Shown: positions 11,729-22,400 of the stretch, piece after piece
How positions within the stretch are numbered: position 1 is the stretch's first letter
Layout: each line of letters starts with the position of its first letter
Assembly: GCA_002269645.1 (NCBI GenBank)
Contig: NIVC01001576.1
Span: 1-60,743 of the forward strand
Direction: 5' to 3'
From: Macrostomum lignano
Lineage: Eukaryota
Length of the DNA stretch: 60,743 bases
The notes under the pieces: generated by a model
Told to the model about the DNA's origin: nothing
The model's database searches: none
The model's input: the letters and a program-made list of their open reading frames with translations, nothing else
Made by a program: the position numbers and the translations under genes

Positions 11729-14215
11729 AATGTGAGGGTTTCACGAGAGATATTCAGACAGACATTCGAAACGATCGTCTGTAACTTTAAACAAAATTGA
11801 CCCGCTTCAACCATCTTTTTGGCAAATACTTACGCAAGTGTTGGGCGTCGAATAAGCTTTAATTTATTAACTGAAGTAAAAATCCTTCTGACATACATTG
11901 ATTTAAAAATTGCTTAGCAACACTAGCTCTGATTAGAAATTGCTTTACTGTTGACTAAAATTGTTTTGATTGTAGCAGCCTAAAAGCAGATACTGGATTT
12001 AAAAATGCTTCGATTTACTCTATACGCATGTCTCAGCTTTAAAATGACACCTCAGGCGTCGCAAAAGACAGCTTTGATGCTGAGATATTCGACACTAAAC
12101 ATGCATTGCTTTGCGCAATCTCACATTCAGAAATTTCACTGATTTTTGTCGATATTTGTGCAGTTGCCGTGTCCTTGTTTTTCATCAGAAACTTGTCAAA
12201 TTCTAGTCATGTCCAGTTTAAACCTGGACTTCTCTTAAACTGTCTTAAGTATTTGATTTTTAATGATTCCTGCCTTTATATTGCATAGATTGTACCTGAG
12301 TCAGTGAGTCTGTGAGTGTACATTTGTACATATGGCAACCAATCATGACTTTTTCACCGCTTTGCGGTTCAAATAAATATACGAGTGTACGAGAAACATG
12401 TTCCAACTGTTATTGAGAGAAATTGACGTCGCGTTTATTAACAGTCAGTGGCAATTAATATGAAGCAAATAGTTTATTGTTATGTTTTTACTTTTTTTGC
12501 GTGGCAATTCTGCTATCCAAATCGGAATGAGGTAAGCGGTGGGAATAAAATAAAAAGGAAAAATTTTTTCTACTGTTGTTGCAACCCAATAGCTATATGT
12601 ACTTCAAACTTTTTAGATTGAACTGGCGATTTCTAATGTACTGCTAAGCTTTCCAATCCCTACGGACTACAGTAGCAGTTCTTAACTTTTTTTCTGTCTT
12701 GACTTCTAGACTCGGAATTCGGAACAACCTAAGGAGCCGCATGAAAATATTTAATTGGATAAAGATATTTTCTATAAACAGCTCAAGTCGTGACACATCT
12801 TCTTCTCACCTCAGTCCATCAACTGCTGCTCCTTCTGAGACCAAAGCGATCGTGAAAGTAAAACAGATCAGTTTAGATCCCATGGCCATGAATATAACCA
12901 TTTCAATTGTGAACCTGCTTCGCTTACAAGTACGAGCACTAGCCTTCCATTTGATGCCATTAGCTCACTTAACTCTGAAATAGTTCAAGGACGGTTCCAA
13001 ATGTTGAGATCTGACGTAGAAGCAGTCCAATTTGTGGAAATTTATCAACTGGACTCCATGAATCACTCCAATGAAAGGCGGCGAATAGCTGCAGAATGCG
13101 TAAACAAGTTTAAGTGAGTCACAAAAACCCCATTTACTGTAACTACATACACTTGTACGTTAGCAAGGCTCCATGCGATGGTTAATAAATGGAGAAGTAG
13201 ACAAGCATCTGAACAAATATTGAATAAAAATCAGTGAAGTTTCCGAATGTGAGTTTGAGCAAAGCAATGTTTAGTGTCAAATATCTCAGCATCAAAGCTG
13301 TCTTTTGCAATGCCTGAGGTGTCATTTTAAAGCTGAGACATGCGTATAGACATGACTAGAATTTGACAAGTTTCTGATGAAAAACAAGGACATGGCAACT
13401 GCACAAATATCGACAAAAAATCAGTGAAATTTCTGAATGTGAGATTGCGCAAAGCAATGCATGTTTAGTGTCGAATATCTCAGCATCAAAGCTGTCTTTT
13501 GCGACGCCTGAGGTGTCATTTTAAAGCTGAGACATGCGTATAGAGTAAATCGAAGCATTTTTAAATCCAGTATCTGCTTTTAGGCTGCTACGATCAAAAC
13601 AATTTTAGTCAACAGTAAAGCGATTTCTAATCAGAGCTAGTGTTGCTAAGCAATTTTTAAATCAATGTATGTCAGAAGGATTTTTACTTCAGTTAATAAA
13701 TTAAAGCTTATTCGACGCCCAACACTTGCGTAAGTATTTGCCAAAAAGATGGTTGAAGCGGGTCAATTTTGTTTGAAGTTACAGACAATCATTTTGAATG
13801 TCTGTCTGAATGGGTCTCCCTAAAACACGCCCCGCACCGCCCTGCAGCGCTACACATTAAAACAAATTGGACTATAACTAAAGACACTTCAAAATGCATT
13901 TTCTGTTAAGCTTCAAGTTTTTATTAAATTTAGTTTTTTTACTTTGAAATATAAAATTTGGTGAACAATAAGTGATATTAATAATAATATTAATAAAATA
14001 ATAATATTATAATTTAATAATGAAAACGAGAATATAAAAAATAATAATATTTAAAAAAATAAATAAAGATATTTATTCCATTACTATTTTAACTTTTCCT
14101 TGCAATCAAATACTGCATTGACAAAAAATGTTATAATGTGTAGCAGTTCGGGGCCCGGTGTGGGGCGTGTTTTAGGGAGCCTTTGTCTGAATATCTCTCG
14201 TGAAACCCTCACATT
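11729..14215. mobile_element. Foldback-type element (element C) with ~490-bp near-identical inverted arms, nested in B
   Basis: 11752-12213 is the reverse complement of 13349-13811 with few mismatches. 11729-11760 matches 14184-14215. About 13240-13350 is a direct duplicate of part of the right arm. Confidence 0.85.
13812..14183. mobile_element. Mutator-like MITE (element D) inserted in the right arm of C
   Basis: ~45-bp TIRs (GGGTCTCCCTAAAACACGCCCC.CACCG..GCTACACATT) and a 9-bp TSD TGTCTGAAT at 13803-13811 and 14184-14192; AT-rich interior. Confidence 0.8.
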
Positions 14216-16021
14216 GCTCACAGTTCAGACAACTGGGAATGTATATTTTAATATCTTACATAAGGCTATAGCTATAGGCTATATTGCCTATATGACTTAA
14301 TAGGATTTAAAGAGTTATTTTGTTTCATATTTAAAGGCAGTGCATAAAAAATAGCTTAAGCATGGTTAAGCCTTTAAAGAAAAATGGTTATAAGACCGCA
14401 CCTAAACCGCACCTACTTTTTTAATTTCAGGGTGCGATTTTAAAATTTAGGGTGCATACGCACACTCTGCGCACAAAAAAAAAACCCTGTGCCTATGCCT
14501 AGGTTTTAAATATACTATATCATTTTTACACAAATAAACAAATCTAGTTAGACCTAAAGTAGAAATAATTCTTTAAATAAAGCAGACAAGATAGTGTTAT
14601 CAACCTCTATCAATGCTTTATAGAAAGATAGATAGCTTATCTAATCTAGAGTAGATTACTAACTAACAGTAGACTTAGATCTTAAAATCTATGTGCATTT
14701 AATGTAGTTTTTGGCCCCAACACCATCAAAGTTAAAATTACAAAATAGCCTATATCAATATTAGAATGGAAAGTTATGGTATATTTTGGGTTAAATATAG
14801 CATAGGCCTATATAAAATCTAAGTCGAAGACAAGTTTAGCATATACAAAGCAAAGGCAAATCAACATTATAGACAAATTTTCTGATATCTGACATATACA
14901 GAGATTTATTATAGTTCATAAGTTAGAATCCAAAAAGCAATAAATACTTGCGTTTCGTTGTAGTGGTTAGTGGTAAATGCATTTGCGCATACATATGCAT
15001 GGAATTAACTCGGAAATATATATAATGATAGTTAAAATTTTATCAGCAATCCGGTATAACAAAAATGCGCTTTTGTTTGTATTGTCTTTAAATGATAGCA
15101 GCAAAGATTTACCACTGAAATTTTGAAATTTTAATCTATTTTCACTAATTCTTTAGTTACAGGCAAGTTATTCAAAAAGATTATGAGGCACAAGTGAACC
15201 TCTATTATAGACTGCAAACAGCAGAGCCCTCAAGTCCAAAACAGAGAACATGAAAATTTGCAATGGCGTCCGGCCGTTGTTTCCATGCAGTATAATTCTC
15301 TAAAGTACATGTATATGCCAAACAGGGGAAACAGCGCTACAATCACAGTTAGACAATATGCAGCGGATATTTTTGTATTTTTGCATCTTTGGCTGCCTGT
15401 TGTTTACTCGAGTGCATATGAAAACTGCAGCTTAAAAAATACGAGGTTACGAACCTCCTTCCACCCTTCTTATACCCTACATGTACCATGTAGATCCGTA
15501 GATCACTGTGATGCTTAAAAAAGAAAAGCTAAAATGCTGCGTTCAGGTTTTTTGCGTTGAGCAGCAGAGAAATCGGTAGCCACATACATAAGCGGAGCTG
15601 GTATGGTGGGCGCAGTAGAGAGGGGGCGCAGTCCCCCTCCTCATATTACCATAGACACTAAAATTTAAGTAAGAGACAGTAAGAAACAGAGACAGACAGA
15701 CAAACAAATAGAATCTGTGAGAGTTACAACTACAACTTCAACATGGAGGAAGACTTGGCTTTTGACCTGCGCAATTGAGCCTACATTGAATCCCGTGTCA
15801 AAAAGGTCAGTGGTACCGCAAAGAAGAAGATGCGTATGACGGTCAACGGTGAGACTAACACTGGAAATCACATTTGAGTGACCTTCGGGTTAACTTGTAC
15901 GAGCATATAACTAACCGAATGGACAATATAAAATGATTCGCCAATTTTCGTTACCATGCTTGTTTCTTTTCAAAACTTTGTTTAAACTAAGTAAAGTTTA
16001 ATGTTGAAAACAGGGGGGCCT

Positions 16022-16349
16022 ATAGGCGTCGCCACCGGGGGGGGGGGCAGGGAGGACATGCATGTCGCCCAGTAAAAGCTACATGTATGGGGGCATGCCA
16101 ATGCTCCTTTATGTCTCCCCAACCCCACCTCGTGAACCGTTATGGAAATCAATAATTTTGCTTCAGGGCGACAGAATATAGCGCCTACGGCGCCAAAATG
16201 AGTATCTGCGGCGCCAAAATGAGCGCTGACAACACCGATTCTGAAAATAATGTACATGTGGGAGTTTACATGTAGTCATGTACATGTATACGCTCGTACA
16301 TGTAGAGAATTCTTGGCTTTGTGCCATAAAATCGATGGCGACGCCCCTG
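16022..16349. mobile_element. Possible small MITE
   Basis: Inverted ends GGCGTCGCCA (16025-16034) and TGGCGACGCC(CCTG) (16336-16349); no TSD recognised. Confidence 0.35.
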
Positions 16350-16547
16350 GTTGCAAAGTTCAACTGGCCTCGTTTTCAGGCCTGTGAATTTGGTTAATTG
16401 GCCTCGTTGTGAGTTCTCAGGCTTTCATTTTTAGTGAGGTTTTGCCATAGGCGGCCATTTCACTGGTAAAAAAGACATTAGGAATCAAGCTTGAACCTTC
16501 ATATCTGTAGATTAAATCCTTTCTAGTTGACTTTCCGAGATGAAAGC

Positions 16548-16670
16548 GGACCATAGACATTTAATAAAGTTATATTCACTATGGTACATGTGGAGGCTCC
16601 GCTCCCACACCCCCGCAGGGGACTGCGTCCCCTTGACCCCTCTTTGCACTGTATTCAGTGTCTATGGTCC
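16548..16670. mobile_element. Possible mini-MITE
   Basis: 12-bp inverted termini GGACCATAGACA / TGTCTATGGTCC. A related end, ACCATAGACACT, lies near 15649. Confidence 0.35.
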
Positions 16671-17354
16671 AAACTGTTTTGCGGATTTGTATCTAAATAC
16701 ATCCCAGAGTTTGTAAGCACGATTTAATTGAGGTAATGCATGGTTTTTACGAGTTCTATTAGCGTAAATCCCTTAAAAGCTTAAAAGCCTTCAGCTCTCG
16801 GGATTTAAATTAATTCAACCCTAAAACCATGCATTATCTTCTACTATGGTGAATCCTCATTCAGCGCTATACGTTCTCCAGAGCTTATTAAGTGTGCAGT
16901 GCAGTACATGCAGCGATACAACAATAGATCTTCGGTGATTCATTTTGGCAAGTGTCTAAGTACATTGGATTTGTTGGGGTCGTGCGAAGCAGTTCTGTCA
17001 GCTCGACCCGGTCTTAAGATTCCGACCGCGGCCTCAGGAGTTTGGTCCTCACCTACGAGTAAATGCATTTATCAGTTTATTAATGCCGACTCACTCCAGT
17101 GCTGCAGTACTCTCCTAACTGAGCTGAATGAGCAATGACAACAGTGCCTAAACTCAGCTGTACTTGTCTGAGTGGCTTCAGCTTCTCGAACTGTGTCTCT
17201 GCTACCATATGGTTCTCTGCTTTGCCCTGATCTTCATCGGATCTTGAAACTTTTATAGTTACGTCACCTTTTCAATCAAAAGTCAAAGTTAAAGCCAAGC
17301 AAAAGCAAAAGCAATATTCAAAACCTAAGAAAAATTTTGAAAAATTTAGCTCAT

Positions 17355-17740
17355 TCTAGAGAGAAGGAGGGGGAATAGAGAAGAAAAGAGGAGAGGAGTG
17401 AGAGAGGAGAGAGGAGAGGAGGGGAGAGAAAAGAGAGGAGAGATGGGAGAGGAGGGGAGAGATGGGTGAGGAGGGGAGAGATGGGAGAGGAGGGGAGAGA
17501 TGGGAAAGGAGGGGAGAGACGGGAGAGGAGGGGAGAGATGGGAGAGGAGGGGAGAGACGGGAGAGGAGGGGAGACAAGAGAGAGGAGAGCAGGCAAGAGA
17601 GAGGAGAGCAGACAAGAGAGAGGAGAGCAGGCAAGAGAGAGGAGAGCAGGCAAGAGAGAGGAGAGCAGGCAAGAGAGACGAGAGCAGACAAGAGAGGAGA
17701 GAGAAGGGAGATAAGAGGATAGGAACGAGAAGGGAGATGC
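17355..17740 (+). repeat. Purine-rich minisatellite (GGGAGAGGAGGGGAGAGA(T/C) and AGGAGAGCAGGCAAGAGAG units)
   Basis: Direct. Confidence 0.9.
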
Positions 17741-17744
17741 GAGC

Positions 17745-17835
17745 TTGAGCGGGCCGGATTGCTACTTTGAAGTTTCAAAGAACATGAAGGGCCGGATACA
17801 CGAGTAGACTTCGCTTGGGAGTTTGCCGACCCCTG
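17745..17835. mobile_element. One end of a hAT/Charlie-like element
   Basis: GCGGGCCGGAT...GGGCCGGAT...AGTTTGCCGACCCCTG matches the common Charlie-type terminus; the partner end was not found. Confidence 0.45.
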
Positions 17836-19458
17836 AGCCAGACCACAGAATCAGAATTCAGAACCCAATGCAAGGCTCAGCCCTCTCAAAGTCTGAAATA
17901 ATCAAGCAAGCCTATTTTCATTTTTAAACTTTTAAACTGCTTTTGTCGGGTTTCGTGAACAAGAAGAATTGGTTGATTGAAAAATCATTTTAAAAGCAAA
18001 TTACCTCAGAAAAGAGATGAGACATGAGTCACAACCCCGAAACCACACATATTGGTGTGGCTTTGCGGTGATAAAGGTCAGCATAAAAGGGTTTAATAAA
18101 TCTTGCGCTAAAAATTAAGGCTATAGGTTTATTTAGGATCTTCCATAAATCTATATGAAACGAACCAGCGGATAGAGGAGATAAAAGCAGCAATTGGGGA
18201 GAGAATATTGGGGCAGAAAAATAGTGCTCAGAGACGATCGAAATCGGCAGACATTGCTGAAGAATCCGGAAGAGTTGTGCAGCGATCATCTGTGACTGTG
18301 CCAACCAAGCCAATAATTGTGAGACGGACATGGCTTAGCTTGGACACGAGGGACGTGAATCTGCAAGGATAGATAACAATGTTCTATCGATAAGTTTTCT
18401 CAATATGTGCCTGCTACTCATAAAAACAAAAAGAAGAAGACAGTTTGTGGAGCATTTTGCCAGTTAATTTTTAGTTAAATGTGGCCATCTGATACGCTTT
18501 TTAAAACGTTTAAAAATAAGGTAATTGCGCTTTAATCAGTGTACGGTGCATGTAAATTGTAGTCTGGGCTTAAGGGGAGGAAATAATAAATTCATTGGTC
18601 GCAGCACGGTTAAAAGCGAACCATGAGGCGCTCATGCTTGGGGCCCTTGCTACCCTAATGCCCGAATCTGGTGGGGGGGGAGGGGCAGGTTGCCCTCGCT
18701 CGGGACCCTCCTTGTGTCAAAGTCGGCCCAGCCAATAAGAATAGGCCTGGGCCGCATCAAAGAAGGTTGGGGTGGCAAGAAGACGACGGGACTTGCAGGC
18801 AGTAAAGCAAGCTATGGTTCGGATAGAAAGGCTTGAGCTTTTTGGGTTCATATAGTTAGTCATACGCATACACAGCACACTGAGCCAAGAGGCTCGCATT
18901 GGACGGCAGTTCTATCTAACGGAGGTTGGGTGGGTGCGAGGAGGTTGGGGGTTTGGGTGGCGGAGGCGAGGCGGGGTTGAACTGGAAGGGCTAGAATTCT
19001 AGTCTTTTACTTCCGTACCCCCCCCCCCAGAATGATATGGGTTTCTAAATGCGCCATGTATACTACTGTTCCGAAACGAAGTAGATCCTAGTTGGAAAAC
19101 TTTTTTATTTAGAAAATTAAAGTTCAACCTGCTATTAAAAGACGTTTTTCATGTTTGCATCTACGATTTGAGTTGTATTATTCGTCCAATAAGTTTAAAA
19201 GACTTCACAGGGAGAAAAGCTTTCCATATTACATTCGAGTTATTCTTGCTCTTAGCCCCTCCCCATAAGCGCTGGCCCGTCCCATAAAAAGTGGATGGGG
19301 CCCCCAACAGCTTGCTGATTAGTGGGCCAGACTTTCCTACTATAGCCACAGCCACTGAGTCTTTGGAGCACACAGGGTTTGCGGGCGAGCTTCGCTTTTA
19401 TCCTTCCCCACGGCCTATTAACTTCCAAGTTCCGCTCTTGTTTTGTCCGCCGCCTGCG

Positions 19459-22400
19459 ATGGATCCAATGCCGGCAAATTTGCGCAACTGGCAGGATCAA
19501 CTAAACGCTGCCATTCGAGCGCACCGGGTAAGAGTTTAATAAACTTGGCTACTTTCTAGGTTTTTATCCTGTTTTTTTCTATTGTATTTTGAGCTCAGTC
19601 TATGCCGCACCGCATAAAATTTATCTGCAAAATCGCTGTCAAAATCGCCATTTCACTAAAATAAGGGAAATTAGAAGCTGATTTTATTACCTATTATTAA
19701 GTTTTCGCTTTTCCAAACACATTTTGTACTGTCACCGATTCGTTCTATTTTTGGACCAAACGAAATGAATTCTATTTTTTGTTTATTTGTTTGCCGCTTA
19801 CTTCCACCTCTCATCCTGGCCAACTCTAAACTTATTCAAAATGACGCCCCAGGTGGCTTCTTGCCCAGAATTCCGAAATGACGCAACAATCTCCATTCTC
19901 CACGCCTCAGATTCCAAAATGGCGCCCCAATCTCCATTCTCCACGCCTCAGATTCCAAAATGGCGCCCCAATCTCCATTCTCCACGCCTCAGATTCCAAA
20001 ATGGCGCCCCAATCTCCATTCTCCACGCCTCAGATTCCAAAATGGCGCCATTTTGGAATATCAGGTGTGGAGATTGGGGCGCCATTTTGGAATCTCAGGT
20101 GTGGAGATTAGGGCGCCATTTTGGAATCTCAGGTGTGGAGATTAGGGCGCCATTTTGGAATCTCAGGTGTGGAGAATGGAGATTGGGCGCCATTTGGAAT
20201 CTCAGGTGAAAGAATGGAGGGGCTCCATTCTCCACGCCTCAGATTCCAAAATGGCGCCCAATCTCCATTCTCCACAACTGAGATTCCAAAATGGCGCCCT
20301 AATCTCCAATCTCCACACCTGAGATTCCAAAATGGCGCCCCAATCTCCACACCTGAGATTCCAAAATGGCGCCCCAATCTCCACACCTGAGATTCCAAAT
20401 GGCGCCCTAATCTCCACACCTGAGATTCCAAAATGGCGCCCCAATCTCCACACCTGAGATTCCAAATGGCGCCCTAATCTCCACACCTGAGATTCCAAAA
20501 TGGCGCCCCATTCTCCACACCTGAGATTCCAAATGGCGCCCAATCTCCATTCTCCACACCTGAGATTCCAAAATGGCGCCCCAATCTCTACACCTGAGAT
20601 TCCAAAATGGCGCCCCAATCTCCATTCTCCACACCTGAGATTCCAAATGGCGCCCAATCTCCATTCTCCACACCTGAGATTCCAAAATGGCGCCTTAATC
20701 TCTACACCTGAGATTCCAAAATGGCGCCCCAATCTCCATTCTCCACACCTGAGATTCCAAAATGGCGCCCCAATCTCCATTCTCCACATCTGAGATTCCA
20801 AAATGGCGCCCCAATCTCCTCACCTGAGATTCCAAAATGGCGCCCCAATCTCCACACCTGAGATTCCAAAATGGCGCCCCAATCTCCATTCTCCACACCT
20901 GAGATTCCAAAATGGCGCCCCAATCTCCATTCTCCACATCTGAGATTCCAAAATGGCGCCCCAATCTCCTCACCTGAGATTCCAAAATGGCGCCCCAATC
21001 TCCTCACCTAATCCAGTATAAAATCCTTAAATAAACTGAGCAACTAAGCGGACCCCAAACCAATGTCATGCAGAACCTGGTGGGCCGCACCAGCCTCAGT
21101 CCGCACGACCAGAGTCTGCAGGCCAAAGTGCAGTCTGCCGAGAAGCTGATTGTGCGCATCTACCAGGCTCAGGTGAGGCCTCGCTTGGCTGGCTGTCTGG
21201 CTGACATGTTGGCTGTCCTTAATTTGCCAATCACGACTATTTCTACTGCCGCAGATAACTGCATTGCAATCTATTCCATCTACTTCTACGAGTATAGTAT
21301 ACTATTCCAGCTTACTTTCTCCGTTCTACTCTACTTGTCACCCTACTCTTCACTCTACTTTTTCATCATCTCCAATCCTCTTAAGCTACTCCCCATCTTC
21401 ACTCCTACCTTCATCCTGCCCTTGACCTCACTTCCCAGTCTACTCTTCACCCTTACTTTCTATCTTCACCTCTACTCTTCATCCTACTCTTTACCCTATT
21501 CTCCACGCTGCTCTCCACTCTATTCTCTTCATTCTAACCTTCACCCTACTTCCCAGTCTATTCTTCACCCTACTCTCTACTCTACTCATCACTCTACTCT
21601 TTACCCTACTCTCCATCTACACCTCTATCTTCACTCTACTCTCCACTCTGCTTTCGACTCTACTCTTCACTCTACTCTACTCTTCTCTCTACTCATCACT
21701 CTACTCTAATCTTCACTCTACTCTACTCTCCACTCGACTCTCCACTCTACTCTTCACTCTACTCTCCACTCTACTCTTCACTCTACTCTCCACTCTACTC
21801 TTCACTCTACTCTCCACTCTACTCTCAACTCTACTCTTCACTCTACTCTTCACTCTACTCTTCACTCTACTCTTCACTCTAACTCTTCACTCTACTCTCC
21901 ACTCTACTCTCAACTCTACTCTCCACTCTACTCTCCACTCTACTCTTCACTCTACTCTCCACTCTACTCTTCATTCTACTCTTCACCTTACTCGATCGCA
22001 CGCTCCACCTGTAAACAAAGCTGATGACCATTCCGCAGAAGCCGCTGCTGGAGCAGTACAAGAAGGAATGTGAACGGAAACGCGCAGCCTTGAAAGCGAC
22101 CCACGGGCATCGCGTCATCAAGGTAGCAGCGCTGCGCACATTCTGCAATGACAAAAAAATCAGAACATTGAAACAGCTTTTCAAACCGAAATTAACTCCC
22201 TCATTCGAGCAGGACCAGGCAAAGTCGCTTGACGAAGTGTTGGACGACGGGGTGCGACATCACTTCTGCCCGTCAACTCTTGAACGACTTGGCAACAGCG
22301 TTGGGAGCCTCAGCCCGGAGAAGAAAAGGGTGAGTCTGCACTGAACTTGCTCAGCTACCGGATTTTCTACTCCAAAACTACCCGATTTTCTTTTCTAAAA

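Larger units (their letters stand above)
11622..14489. mobile_element. Non-autonomous hAT-like element (element B) with perfect 8-bp TSD
   Basis: TIRs C(T/A)GGGTTTTTTTTTT / AAAAAAAAAACCCTG, subterminal GGTGCG..CGCACC motifs, and TSD TGCCTATG at 11614-11621 and 14490-14497. Confidence 0.8.
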
